A stretch of 64,000 nt of DNA from Polyangiaceae bacterium (GCA_044222475.1 JBGANF010000006.1:62379-126378); one strand, 5' to 3'; counted from the stretch's first letter, positions 20,248 to 30,443 are shown. A program made the numbers and translations. Notes: a model not told the origin generated them from the letters alone.

Positions 20248-20347
20248 GAACCGCCAGGGGCGCCAGGTACGCCAGGCCCGGATTGGGGTTGGCTCTGGGT
20301 GCAAGTCCTCCTCACTCCCTTGGCGCTCCTGGCGCTCCTGGCGGTTC
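20248..20347. repeat. Intergenic inverted repeat of CGCCAGG 9-mer units
   Basis: GAACCGCCAGGGGCGCCAGGTACGCCAGG versus CCTTGGCGCTCCTGGCGCTCCTGGCGGTTC. Confidence 0.8.
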
Positions 20348-20352
20348 CTCTC

Positions 20353-21201
20353 TCAGAATCGCCGAGGCGTCGAGTCGGGCTGGCCGAGGTGCAGGAACAC
20401 CGCATCCACGGTGGCATCGTCGAGGGCGCCCGCGCGCAAGCGCTCGGTCGCCTTGTCGATCGCGCCGCTCGCCGCGGTGCTCCGCCCGAGGAGCACGAGG
20501 GTCTTCGCGACGTGGAGGAGGCGCCGTAGGTTGATCGACTCGGAGAGGTGTCGCTCGGCGATGCGTCGCGTGCGCCCGGAGAAGAGCTCGCGCCGGGCGG
20601 CTTCGAGGTCGGTGCGAAGCTCCGAGGCGACGGCGAACGCGGCCTCGAAGCGGACGTCGGCGTCGGGGTCACCGCGGTGCACGAGCGTCTCCGCGACGCG
20701 CTCGCGGGCGAGTCGCATGCGACGCTCGACGATGGCGTCGCTGAAGGCGGTCGATATGCCGAGGTTCGTCGCCGTGGCGACGCCGATGCCGATGGCGACC
20801 GCGAGGAGGCGCGTCTCGATCGCGACGGTCGCCGATGCGAACGGGAGCGCCGCGACGTAGACCGCGGACAGCGTCGCGATGGCGTATGCGGCGGCCATCC
20901 CGAACCGCGCGCACGCGAGCACGGACAGGAAGACCGAGACGAGGACGACGAGCGGCGTGAGCGAAGGCGCGGGCAGCGCGAGCTTGAGGATGGTCGCGAT
21001 GCCTCCGCCGAGGAGCGAGCCCGCGACCTGTTGCCCGCCGCGCTTGAGGCCCGCGTACGCGGTGGGCGACATGCACGCGATGGCGACGAACCCCGCCGAC
21101 AGCGAATCGTGCACGCCGAACGCGAGGGCGAGGAGCACCGCGACGCTCGAGGCGAGCGCGGCCTTGATCGCGAGGAAGAGCGGATCGGTCAGCGAGCCCA
21201 T
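20353..21201 (-). CDS. FUSC/aromatic acid exporter family membrane protein
   Basis: AIKAALA, A.MSPT...GLKRG.Q...G..LGG, RLLAVAIG. Confidence 0.75.
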   Translation of the reverse strand: MGSLTDPLFLAIKAALASSVAVLLALAFGVHDSLSAGFVAIACMSPTAYAGLKRGGQQVAGSLLGGGIATILKLALPAPSLTPLVVLVSVFLSVLACARFGMAAAYAIATLSAVYVAALPFASATVAIETRLLAVAIGIGVATATNLGISTAFSDAIVERRMRLARERVAETLVHRGDPDADVRFEAAFAVASELRTDLEAARRELFSGRTRRIAERHLSESINLRRLLHVAKTLVLLGRSTAASGAIDKATERLRAGALDDATVDAVFLHLGQPDSTPRRF

Positions 21202-21205
21202 GGTC

Positions 21206-21766
21206 CTAGTTCTCCAGCTCCATGATCACCTCGTCGAACCAGGATTCGACCGTCTTGCGGAACGGCCACATCCAGCCGTAGTCCGGGCCCACGAAGCGAT
21301 CGACGATGTGAGCGCGCAGGGCCTTCGCCGCGTTCAGGCCGTAGTGCTCTTCGGTCGCGCGGATGGTCTCGACGTAGGCCTCCCACTCGATGCGCGCTCG
21401 GCCCCACGCGAGCCCGATGGGGAAGATCGGGATCAAGTAGACGAAGCCCATGACCACGTCGCCCATCCTTCGGCGTTGGCGGAGGTGGATGCGCTCGTGT
21501 CGCAGCAAGATCACGCGGTCGACGTCGTCGAGGCGATCCCACGAGGTCGGTACCCAAAGGGTACCGAAGAGGACGGTGTGGTAGCTCGTCAGGTACGAGC
21601 TCATCTTGCCGAGTGTGAGGATGCGCAGCGCGCGGTCGATCGCCTTCTGCAGACCCGACGTGCTCTTGTAGCGGATCTGGAACGACGGAAACTCCGACTC
21701 GAGCTCCTCGAGGAACGCGGAGTACTTGGGCGTCGAGAACGGCGGCTTGCTCGTGTGATCGATCAC
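21206..21766 (-). CDS. Small HExxH putative zinc metallopeptidase
   Basis: LRHERIHLRQ...IEWEAY; GTGA overlap with lhr. Confidence 0.7.
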   Translation of the reverse strand: MIDHTSKPPFSTPKYSAFLEELESEFPSFQIRYKSTSGLQKAIDRALRILTLGKMSSYLTSYHTVLFGTLWVPTSWDRLDDVDRVILLRHERIHLRQRRRMGDVVMGFVYLIPIFPIGLAWGRARIEWEAYVETIRATEEHYGLNAAKALRAHIVDRFVGPDYGWMWPFRKTVESWFDEVIMELEN

Positions 21767-24700
21767 GCGTAGGTCTTTCGCTTCATGTAGCCGCGCGCCG
21801 TGCGGTCGAAGCCGGCGCCGCCGAGGTACGGACCCAGCGCGCTCTCGCGGGCGGCGAGGCCGTCGATGCGCTCGATCGCGAGGGCGCGTCGCCGCCCGCC
21901 GTCGACCTCGGCGGCGAGGAGTCGCGCGATCGCTTCGAGGTACGCCGCGCGCTCGGCCTCGGCCTGCGGGAGGAACGTCGTGAGCGAGCCGCCGCTCTCG
22001 TCGGGGCGGGCGTAGGCCGCGAGATCGCCGGAGACGAGGATCACGTACGCGCCGGGGACGCGCGCGAGGCGCGGCTTCGCCTCGCCTTCGGCCCGCGCGC
22101 CGTCGGGCCACGGCAGGATCGCACCGTACGGGTTCGCGGGATCCACGGCGGAGAGGAGCACCGCGTGGCTCGTGTCGATCGCCGCGGAGCGGAGGGCGCG
22201 AAGTCGATCGGTCGCTTCGGCGAGCGCGAACTGCGCCGCGCCGCGGCCTTCGACGAAGTACCCGCGCTGGACGCGGCCCGAGTCTTCGAGGGCTTTCAGC
22301 ACGCCATAAACCGCGCTGAAGCCGCCGGTGAGCGACTCGGCGGAGGCGGCTTCGCGCACGACGACGCCCCAACGGAGCAGCAGGCTCTCGGCGAGCGCGA
22401 GCGCGCGCTTGGACGGATCGCTCGCGTCTCCGAGGCGCGACGCGCGAAGGGCGAAGCGGCCCTGCGGTCCCTTCGGCGCGCTCGTGGACGCGGCGTGGAG
22501 GAAGCGCAACCGCGGCGGTTGGGGCCGGCGCTGCTGCGCGGGGGCGTGGGCGGTGAGGCGCCGGATCGGATCGAAGGTGTCGTTCGTGATCTCCCCGGCC
22601 CAGAGGAGATCGTAGAGGGCGTGCTCGACGTCGCTCGGAAACGCCCCGGTCAGGCGCACGAGATCGGCGAAGAAGAGCGCGCCACGTGCGTGGAGCTCGT
22701 CGCGCAGCCGCGTCGCGAGGTCGCCTTCGGCCGGCGTGATCGTCCGCGCGAGCCACGGCTCGTGCTCGGCGAGGTAGAGCGCGACGCGCCCGTCGCGATC
22801 GCCGACCGGTTCGATGCCGGCCCAGACGACCTGCCCCGAGGTCAGCAGCGCGTCGAGATCGCCGCGCTCGTACCCGGGCACCCGCGCGGGGAAGATCTCG
22901 GTCTCGAGGATGGACGCGTTCAACGGGGTGCCCTCGAGCTGGACGATCGCGTCGAGGAGCCGACCCTCGCGCTCGGAGCGCGATCCTCGTGCGCCTGGAG
23001 CGGCGGTCCCGACGTTCTGCCACTCGAGGAGGAAGCGCGCGTACGTCGCAGGCGAGACCGGCTCGATCTCGGCGCGGGCTTGGGCGCGCGCGCGCCGACG
23101 CAGCGACGCAAGCACGTCCTTCCCGACCCACTCGACGCCGCTGCCACCCGGACGGAACGCGCCGCGGACGACACGGTCGTCCTTCTCCAGCCCACGAAGG
23201 ACCTCCTCGACGCGCGGCTCGGAGATCGACCAGCGCGCCGCGATCTCGCGGGCGAGGAACGGCGCGTGGGTGCGCGCGTAGCGCGCGACGAGGTCGACGA
23301 GCGGCGCTTTCACCGGATCGAGCAGCGCTGACGGAATCCCTCGCGGGAGCGAGCACCCGAGGGCGTCACGGTACCGCGCAGCGTCCTCGATGGCGATCGT
23401 GCGCGCTTCGCCGGCCACTCGGATCGTGATCACGCGGCGGTCGGCTTCGAGCGCGCCGAGCGCGGCGGGGTCGGTGCAGCGCTCTCGTACCTCGTTGGTA
23501 CCGAGGTCGCCGATGACGCGCAGGACGTCGAGCAGCTGCTCCGCGTTCTCGGCCGGGCGCTCGATGCGCTGGAGTCGCTTCTCTTCGCTCGCGAGCAGCT
23601 CGTCGTCGAAGAGCGCGCGCAGCTCGGCCTCGCCGAGGAGCTCCCGCAGCTTCTCGTGATCGATCCCCAGCGCTTGGGCGCGGCGCTCGGCGAGCGGGAG
23701 ATCGCCGTCGTAGATGAAGTTGGCGACGAACGAGAAGAGGAGAGAGCTCGCGAACGGCGAGGGGCGCCGCGTGTCGACGTGGGCGACGCGGATCTTCCGC
23801 TTCTCCACGCCCTCGAGGACGTCGCGCAGGCCCGGCATGTCGAACACGTCACGGAGGCACTCGCGGTAGGTCTCGAGGACGATCGGAAACGACGGGTAGC
23901 GCGAGGCCACGCTCAGGAGATCGTGGGCGCGCTTGCGCTGGGCCCACAGCGGCGACCGTTTGCCCGGCCGGCGCCGCGGGAGGAGGAGCGCGCGGGCAGC
24001 AGCCTCGCGAAAGCGGGCGGCGAACAGCGACGACTGGGCGAGGGACGACTCGACGAGGGCGGTGACGTCGTCCCTCTTTGGGATGAACGCTTCGAGCGGC
24101 AGCTCGGTGTCCGACGCGGTGACGCGGAGCGCGATGCCGTCGTCCGACCACACGGCGTCGGGATCTCCGGCGCCGAGGTCGGCGAGCCGCGCGAGGATCG
24201 CCATTGCCCACGGCGCGTGAACCCGCGCGCCGAACGGCGACAGCACGCAGATCCGGAGGTCCCCGATGTCGTCGGTGAAGCGCTCGACGAGGATCGTCTT
24301 GTCCGACGGGACGAGGGTGGTGGCGGCCTTCTGCTCGGCGACGTACGCGATGAGGTTCTTCACCGCCGCGTCGTCGAGCCCGTAGTCGTTGGCGAGGAGT
24401 GCGCGCGCGTCTTTGCCTTTCGCTCCGCTCTCGATTGCGCGAGTGAGCGCGCCGATGCGCTCGCCGAACGCCTTCGTTCGGCCGACGCGGTCGCCGTGCC
24501 AGAAGGGCATCTTGCCGGGCTGCCCGGCGGCAGGGGTCACCATCACGCGATCGTTCGTGATCTCGTCGGCGCGCCACGAGCTCGCGCCGAGCAGGAACAC
24601 CTCGCCCTCGCGGAGCTCGAAGACCATCTCTTCGTCGAGCTCGCCGACGCGTTTGGGACGGGTCGTCTCGCTCCCGGTGGCGAGGAACACGCCGTAGAGG

Positions 24701-26289
24701 CCGCGATCGGGGATGGTGCCGCCGCTCGTGATCGCGAGCTGCTTCGTCCCCGGGCGGGCGTGGAGTCTGCCGCGCACGCGATCCCAGTGGAGGCGAGGGC
24801 GCAGCTCGGCGAAGTCGTCCGAGGGGTAGCGCCCGGTGAGCATGTCGAGGACCTCTTCGAACGCGCCGCGAGGGAGCGTGCGGAACGGCGTCGCCCGGCG
24901 AATCAGCGCGTGCAGCTCCTCGACGTCGGTGGGCTCGTCGCTCGCGGCGCAGATCGCGACGATCTGCTGCGCGAGCACGTCGAGCGGGTTCTCGAGCGCG
25001 CGAGTCTCCTCGACGTCGCTCGCGCGCATGCCGGCGGCCGCCGCTGCGCACGCGAGGAGGTCGGCGCGGTGCTTCGGCAGCAGGATCCCCTTGGGCACGC
25101 CGCCGACCTGGTGGCTCGCGCGCCCGACGCGTTGGAGGCCCGACGCGATGGAGGGCGGCGCCTCGACCTGGATGACGAGATCGACCGCGCCCATGTCGAT
25201 GCCGAGCTCGAGCGACGACGTCGCGACGATCGCGGGGAGCTCGCCGCGCTTGAGCTTGTCCTCGATGACCGCACGCTTCTCGCGTGCGACCGAGCCGTGA
25301 TGGGCGAGGGCGAGCTCCTTGCCTGCGGCATCGTTCAGCGCGGTGGCGAGACGCTCGGCGAGGCGGCGGCTGTTGACGAAGACCATCGTCGAGCGGTGCG
25401 CTTCGATGTCGGCGACGATGCGCCGGTGGAGGTGCGGCCAGATCGACCGCGGCTCGTGCGGCTCCGAAGGGTCGATCTCGCCGTCGCCGGAGCCAGGCCC
25501 GCTGTCGCGATCGCCGAGCCTCGCCATGTCGACGTCGGGGGTCGACACCGAGAGGACGAGATCGCGCCGGGCCCCGGCATCGACGATCGTCACCGGTCGC
25601 GGGCCGTCATCGTCGTAGCCGCCGAGCACGCGGGCGACCTCTTCGAGCGGCTTCTGCGTCGCCGAGAGGCCGATGCGCTGGAGGCGCCCGCCGTGACGGA
25701 TCGCCTCGAGGCGCTCGAGCGAGACGAAGAGGTGCGCTCCGCGCTTGTTCGCGACGAGCTGATGGATCTCGTCGACGATCACGGTCTCGACGCCGCGCAG
25801 CGTCTCCGCCGCCTGGGACGTGAGCATCAGGTAGAGCGACTCGGGCGTCGTGATGAGGACGTCGGGCGGGTGACGGCGCATCCGCGCGCGCTCCGTCGCG
25901 GTCGCGTCTCCGGTGCGCACGGCGACGGAGATCTCTTTGGCCGTCTCGCCGCGTGCGCGCGCGTGCTCGAGGATGCCCATGAGCGGCGCGCGGAGGTTCC
26001 GCTCCACGTCGACCGCGAGCGCTTTGAGCGGCGACACGTAGAGGACGCGCACGCTCTCGCCGCGCGTCTTCTTCGGGCTCTTTCCGAACGCGAGGCGGTC
26101 GAGCGCCCAGAGGAACGCCGCGAGCGTCTTTCCCGACCCGGTCGGGGCGCAGATGAGCGTGGACTCGCCGCGCGCGATGGGCGGCCAACCGAGGCTCTGC
26201 GCGAGGGTCGGCTCGCCCATCGCCGCAGAGAAATATCGGCGAGTGGCTTCGGAGAATCCCGCGAGCGGATCCGGACGGGCGCGACGCAT
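21763..26289 (-). CDS. lhr: Long-form Lhr SF2 helicase with C-terminal winged-helix/glycosylase-like region
   Basis: APTGSGKT, YVSPLKAL, TTPESL, DEIH, GLSAT, HHGS, SSLELGID, QRVGR, DPANPYG. Confidence 0.95.
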   Translation of the reverse strand: MRRARPDPLAGFSEATRRYFSAAMGEPTLAQSLGWPPIARGESTLICAPTGSGKTLAAFLWALDRLAFGKSPKKTRGESVRVLYVSPLKALAVDVERNLRAPLMGILEHARARGETAKEISVAVRTGDATATERARMRRHPPDVLITTPESLYLMLTSQAAETLRGVETVIVDEIHQLVANKRGAHLFVSLERLEAIRHGGRLQRIGLSATQKPLEEVARVLGGYDDDGPRPVTIVDAGARRDLVLSVSTPDVDMARLGDRDSGPGSGDGEIDPSEPHEPRSIWPHLHRRIVADIEAHRSTMVFVNSRRLAERLATALNDAAGKELALAHHGSVAREKRAVIEDKLKRGELPAIVATSSLELGIDMGAVDLVIQVEAPPSIASGLQRVGRASHQVGGVPKGILLPKHRADLLACAAAAAGMRASDVEETRALENPLDVLAQQIVAICAASDEPTDVEELHALIRRATPFRTLPRGAFEEVLDMLTGRYPSDDFAELRPRLHWDRVRGRLHARPGTKQLAITSGGTIPDRGLYGVFLATGSETTRPKRVGELDEEMVFELREGEVFLLGASSWRADEITNDRVMVTPAAGQPGKMPFWHGDRVGRTKAFGERIGALTRAIESGAKGKDARALLANDYGLDDAAVKNLIAYVAEQKAATTLVPSDKTILVERFTDDIGDLRICVLSPFGARVHAPWAMAILARLADLGAGDPDAVWSDDGIALRVTASDTELPLEAFIPKRDDVTALVESSLAQSSLFAARFREAAARALLLPRRRPGKRSPLWAQRKRAHDLLSVASRYPSFPIVLETYRECLRDVFDMPGLRDVLEGVEKRKIRVAHVDTRRPSPFASSLLFSFVANFIYDGDLPLAERRAQALGIDHEKLRELLGEAELRALFDDELLASEEKRLQRIERPAENAEQLLDVLRVIGDLGTNEVRERCTDPAALGALEADRRVITIRVAGEARTIAIEDAARYRDALGCSLPRGIPSALLDPVKAPLVDLVARYARTHAPFLAREIAARWSISEPRVEEVLRGLEKDDRVVRGAFRPGGSGVEWVGKDVLASLRRRARAQARAEIEPVSPATYARFLLEWQNVGTAAPGARGSRSEREGRLLDAIVQLEGTPLNASILETEIFPARVPGYERGDLDALLTSGQVVWAGIEPVGDRDGRVALYLAEHEPWLARTITPAEGDLATRLRDELHARGALFFADLVRLTGAFPSDVEHALYDLLWAGEITNDTFDPIRRLTAHAPAQQRRPQPPRLRFLHAASTSAPKGPQGRFALRASRLGDASDPSKRALALAESLLLRWGVVVREAASAESLTGGFSAVYGVLKALEDSGRVQRGYFVEGRGAAQFALAEATDRLRALRSAAIDTSHAVLLSAVDPANPYGAILPWPDGARAEGEAKPRLARVPGAYVILVSGDLAAYARPDESGGSLTTFLPQAEAERAAYLEAIARLLAAEVDGGRRRALAIERIDGLAARESALGPYLGGAGFDRTARGYMKRKTYA

Positions 26290-26313
26290 CGGTGGGGTAG
26301 AGTAGCGCGCCTC

Positions 26314-26985
26314 ATGCTCGATGCGGTCGTCGTGGCGCAGGAGTTCGTCGGTTCGGCGGGGAGCGCCGACCCGATCGACTTCGTCCACGACCGGCGGTTC
26401 GGCGTCGCGAGCGCGGGGCTCGGGTTTCGCTATGGCCGTTCGCTCGACCACTCCGCCGGCGCCCTGCCGTGGAGCGGCTACGATCTCCAGTTCGGGGCGT
26501 TCGCCCGAGCGCTCTGGGGCAAGCGAGTCGGCTGGGCGTTCGGGCTCGGGTTCAGCGCCGGGGGGATCGTGCCGCAAGGCGTCGACTTCCGGTTCGATTT
26601 CCTCCCCGCCGGCTTCGGGGTCGCCCTTCCGAGAATGGGCTTCGTCTCGGTGATGGGCGGAATCCGCCCGGTGCTCTCTTCGTACGATCCGTACGGTCTG
26701 TTCCTCTTCCCGGTCGAGCTGCGCGCTGAGATCGACTTCTGCCGCTGCGCGCGCCTGATCGTCGCGGCCGAGCTCGACTTCTCGACGGTCGGCCGCGGCA
26801 CCATCCCCGGCACCGATGGGTTTTCGGCGCTGATTGCGCTGCGTTACCGGGGCGGTCGGTCCACGTCGGGTGAGCGATCGGGCAGCATCGCGCGAGGGCG
26901 GTTCGTGGGGGTTCAGATGTGGGAGGTGCGGGGCGTCCCGTACCTCGGCTTCGTCCTCGGCGTCGAAGCCGGCTTCGGCGGATGA
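26314..26985 (+). CDS. Hypothetical protein (beta-barrel-like pattern)
   Basis: Alternating aromatic/Gly strands; divergent from lhr. Confidence 0.6.
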   Translation: MLDAVVVAQEFVGSAGSADPIDFVHDRRFGVASAGLGFRYGRSLDHSAGALPWSGYDLQFGAFARALWGKRVGWAFGLGFSAGGIVPQGVDFRFDFLPAGFGVALPRMGFVSVMGGIRPVLSSYDPYGLFLFPVELRAEIDFCRCARLIVAAELDFSTVGRGTIPGTDGFSALIALRYRGGRSTSGERSGSIARGRFVGVQMWEVRGVPYLGFVLGVEAGFGG

Positions 26986-27042
26986 GTTGTCCCAAAATGG
27001 GATGACTGGCGAATCGAGTCGAAACCAGATACGTTGGTGGAG

Positions 27043-27618
27043 ATGGGCTCGTCCAAGAAGCCGCCCCCGCCCGCGCCGTCGCGCAAGCCGCCGCCGCCTC
27101 TTCCGGCGAAGTCTCAAGCGCCTCAGCCCACGAAGCCCGCTCCGCAGACCAAGACGTCCGCACCCCCGACGAAGCCCGCCGTGCCGCCGCCGCCGCCGCA
27201 GGGACGCAAGCCGCCGACCTGGGTCAAGCAAGGACCAGCGCCACGCTCGACGATCGAGGTCGACACGTCGTGGCTGCTCGAGGAGGCTCAGGCGATCCCA
27301 CCTTCCGCGCCGGTGCCCGGGTCGATGCGGCCTCGCCACGCGACGATGGAAGTGAAGCTCGAGTGGCTGGAGGAAGCCCCCACGCGGAAGAGCTCGGTGC
27401 CGCTCAAATCGAAGAAGGGGCCGCCGCCGCTTCCGCGCGAGGAGCCGCCCGACGAGCCGCCGACGAAGAGCAAGCGCAAGATGCCTCCGACGCTTCCACC
27501 GGAGGAGCTCGCGAAGCGACCGTCGCGCGCGATGAAGGCGGTCCGCAAAGGACCGCCGCCGCTGCCGCGCGAAGAGCCCGACGACGAACCGAAGACGCGG
27601 CGCTCGAAGCGGCCCTGA
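27043..27618 (+). CDS. Pro/Lys-rich disordered hypothetical protein
   Basis: Internal repeats KGPPPLPREEP x2 and T(I/M)EV...WL.E x2. Confidence 0.65.
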   Translation: MGSSKKPPPPAPSRKPPPPLPAKSQAPQPTKPAPQTKTSAPPTKPAVPPPPPQGRKPPTWVKQGPAPRSTIEVDTSWLLEEAQAIPPSAPVPGSMRPRHATMEVKLEWLEEAPTRKSSVPLKSKKGPPPLPREEPPDEPPTKSKRKMPPTLPPEELAKRPSRAMKAVRKGPPPLPREEPDDEPKTRRSKRP

Positions 27619-27620
27619 CC

Positions 27621-28298
27621 TCAGCGATCGTCGAAGCCGATGCGCCCCGGCCCGAAGGGGACGATGAGCGCTGGCGGCCAGAGGTCGAAGCCGAACGCGA
27701 AACCGAAGAGGTGGATCTCGAAGCCCTCTTTGATGCCGAGCTTGATCCCGAAGATCGGCGTGTCGATCTGGAAGCCGGTTCCTTCGCTCGTGTCGGTGAT
27801 GCCGAGCCAACCGCGATGGTCGCGCCCGATCGCCGTCGCCGGGAGCGTGCCGAGGATGTCGCAGCGGCGCATCATCGTCTCCACGTAGGTGTTCGAGTTC
27901 GGCCCCGGCAGCGGGATGTAGATGTGATCGTCGTCCCAGCCCTTCGTCTCGCGCTCGAGGCACGCGATCATCGTCTCGGCCTCCGGTCCGCGGTAGATCG
28001 CGTGGACCATGACGCCGCCGCCGCCGTGATCGTAGAGCGGGTTCGCCATGTGATGCTCGCCGGTGCTGCCCCAGAGCTCGAAGGTGCTCCACTGCGTCGA
28101 GCTCTTCCTCCGCACCGCGAACCACGCGTGACGAGCGACGTCGTCGATGGGAGGCGGCATCAGTCCGCTCGCGACGAGGACCGCAGCCTGACCATCGTTC
28201 GGTGGCACCGCGACCGGTCGCTGCCAGACGACGCAACCGCTGCTCGCGAGCGCGAAGGCGAGGACGGCGGCATGCGGTCCGACGCGGGTCATGGGCAC
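27621..28298 (-). CDS. DUF3750-like lipoprotein
   Basis: Lipobox SSGC; HAWF, Y..LPGPNSNTYV, LPATAIGRD. Confidence 0.75.
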   Translation of the reverse strand: MPMTRVGPHAAVLAFALASSGCVVWQRPVAVPPNDGQAAVLVASGLMPPPIDDVARHAWFAVRRKSSTQWSTFELWGSTGEHHMANPLYDHGGGGVMVHAIYRGPEAETMIACLERETKGWDDDHIYIPLPGPNSNTYVETMMRRCDILGTLPATAIGRDHRGWLGITDTSEGTGFQIDTPIFGIKLGIKEGFEIHLFGFAFGFDLWPPALIVPFGPGRIGFDDR

Positions 28299-28318
28299 GT
28301 GGTATCACAGACGGCGCG

Positions 28319-28921
28319 ATGTTCTCCGGTCGCTCGCTCGTCGTCGCCGCCTGGTCTGCGCTGGTCGCCGTCGTGGCGTGCTGTCCGGAGGAAGAGCCTG
28401 CCCACCCTCGGTACGTCCCGAGGAGAGGGGCGCGCGAGACGTGCGCCGACACCCCGATCCTGGGCACGCCGTCGCAGATGACGATCGTGCCGGGCGCCAC
28501 CTCCGGGCCCGCGATCGATGCTCCTCAGGCGTGCCCAGGGCGAGCCTGGGAGGGCGGCTTCTACATTCGCGTGCACGGCCACGGCGAGCGGAAGCTCGCG
28601 TACGACCGGCGGCCCAACGCGTGCGACACGCCGGAGGCAGACCGCACCGAGTGCCCGACGATCTCGGTCCATGCGTTCTCGAACGCGGTCCTCGTCGCGA
28701 TGAAGCGGCGCGTGGGCGATGCGAACGCGGACGGGCTGGGGCTCGGGGTGTGCGGGAAGGTGAGCGCTCCCCTCGATCAGTGGAACCTCTCGTCGCGGGT
28801 GCACGACTGGCGCTTCGTCGACGAGGCGCTCCGCGCGATCGACGAGGAGCTCCGCCGGTGGAACGCGGCAGGAGACTACGGGTTGTCGATCTCCGGCATC
28901 CCTTGCATGGTGCTCGAGTGA
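28319..28921 (+). CDS. Hypothetical lipoprotein
   Basis: Signal peptide ending VVACC. Confidence 0.6.
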   Translation: MFSGRSLVVAAWSALVAVVACCPEEEPAHPRYVPRRGARETCADTPILGTPSQMTIVPGATSGPAIDAPQACPGRAWEGGFYIRVHGHGERKLAYDRRPNACDTPEADRTECPTISVHAFSNAVLVAMKRRVGDANADGLGLGVCGKVSAPLDQWNLSSRVHDWRFVDEALRAIDEELRRWNAAGDYGLSISGIPCMVLE

Positions 28922-29884
28922 CTACCGTCCGAGGACGTCGCCCTCGGCGACTCCACGGCCGAGGAACCAGTCGGCTCCCCGCATGGGCTTCTTCCCCTCG
29001 AGCTGCACCTGGGTGAGCTCGAGCGCGCCCGCTCCGCACGCGATCACGACGCGGGACTTGTCGGCGAGGATGACGGTGCCCGGCGCCGCGGTCGACGTGG
29101 CGCCTTGTACCAAAGTGGTACGATGAACGAGGACGCGCTTACCGCGGAGGCTCGTCTGCCCGAGCGGCCACGGGTTCATCCCCCGGACGTGGGCGTGGAC
29201 CGAGCGCGCCGGCTTCGTCCAGTCGATCGTGCCGTGGTCCTTGGTGAGGATCGGAGCGAGCGTGGCCGCCGCGTCGTCCTGCTTTTTCTCCTCGAGCTCG
29301 CCGCGGAGGAAGCGGGGGATGCCTTCGCGGACGGCGCGGGCTGCGAGCTCGCCGAGGCGCGGCGCGAGCTCGCCGGCGGTCTCGTCTTCGCCGATGGGGA
29401 GCGTCCACGTCTCGAGCATCGGTCCGGTGTCGAGGCCGGCGTCCATCTTCATGAGCGTGATGCCAGTCTCGGTCTCGCCCTGGGCGATGGCCCACTGGAT
29501 GGGCGCGGCGCCGCGGTACTTCGGGAGGATCGACGCGTGGAGGTTCAGGCACCCGAGGCGCGGGCCTTCGAGGACGTCGCTCGGGAGGATGCGACCGTAC
29601 GCGATGACGACGGCGAAGTCGGCGTTGGCCGCCTTCACCTTGGCGCCGAACTCGCCGGTGCGGAGCTTGACCGGTTGCTCGAGCGGAAGACCGAGCGCGG
29701 TCGCACGCACCTTCACCGGCGGTGCGGTGAGCACCTGATGGCGGCCGACGGGCTTGTCGGGTTGGCAGACGACGAAGACGACCTCGGCGAGCTCGACGAG
29801 TGCGTCGAGGCTCGGAACGGCGATGTCGGGGGTGCCGAAGAGGGCGCCTGGCCGACGGGGCTGCGCCCCGGACTCGGCACTCAC
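28922..29884 (-). CDS. fmt: Methionyl-tRNA formyltransferase
   Basis: FGTPDIA, QPDKPVGR, AYGRIL, NLHASILPKYRGAAPIQWAI, GLDTG. Confidence 0.96.
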   Translation of the reverse strand: MSAESGAQPRRPGALFGTPDIAVPSLDALVELAEVVFVVCQPDKPVGRHQVLTAPPVKVRATALGLPLEQPVKLRTGEFGAKVKAANADFAVVIAYGRILPSDVLEGPRLGCLNLHASILPKYRGAAPIQWAIAQGETETGITLMKMDAGLDTGPMLETWTLPIGEDETAGELAPRLGELAARAVREGIPRFLRGELEEKKQDDAAATLAPILTKDHGTIDWTKPARSVHAHVRGMNPWPLGQTSLRGKRVLVHRTTLVQGATSTAAPGTVILADKSRVVIACGAGALELTQVQLEGKKPMRGADWFLGRGVAEGDVLGR

Positions 29885-30443
29885 CGGCACTTCTTCCGCG
29901 CCGGAAAGCGCCCCCACCCATGCACTTCTTCCACGCCGCCGTGTTTCGCGAGGCCATCGCGCACGTGTACTGCTTCTTCGTCGTCTTCTGGGCGCACTCG
30001 CCCTTCATGCCGGAGAGCGCGTCACCCAGCTGGCCAGTCTGGCCGTTGAGATCGGGGAGCGGGATGTGGTTCTCGGTCGACATCATCGTGAGGAACTTGT
30101 TGATCACGGTGTCGCACTCTTTCGACGAGAGCCCACCAGGGTGCGTGGGTCCGGTCGGTGCGGCCGATGCGGCCGGCGCAGCGCCAGCGTCGGGCTTGTC
30201 GTCGCCGCCGAGGGGCGTCGGCCCGGTGCCGGTGCCGGTGGTTCCACCGCCACCGCCGCCACTGCTCGTCGTTCCGCCGCCGCCCGTGGTTCCGCCGCCG
30301 CCGCCGCCACCGTTGTCGGTGCCGCCGCCGTGCGTTCCGCTGCTGTTGATCGGCACCTCTTCCACCGGGGGCGGCTTCTGGGATGAACCGCAGGCCAAGG
30401 CCACGACGACGGGGAGGAGCATGAAGATGGACCGAGGAGTCAT
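29881..30443 (-). CDS. Gly-rich lipoprotein with Cys-rich C-terminus; 3' end appears frameshifted
   Basis: Lipobox ALAC; frame misses the TGA at 29881-29883 that overlaps the fmt start. Confidence 0.65.

Noticed and set aside
13818..26289. Anti-phage defence island (HerA + kinase + helicase)
   Set aside because: The genes are not co-operonic, have typical host composition and lack nuclease or effector partners.
26290..28500. 736-aa N-terminal extension of Lhr in the ORF track
   Set aside because: Overlaps three better-supported genes; Lhr similarity begins near 26289.
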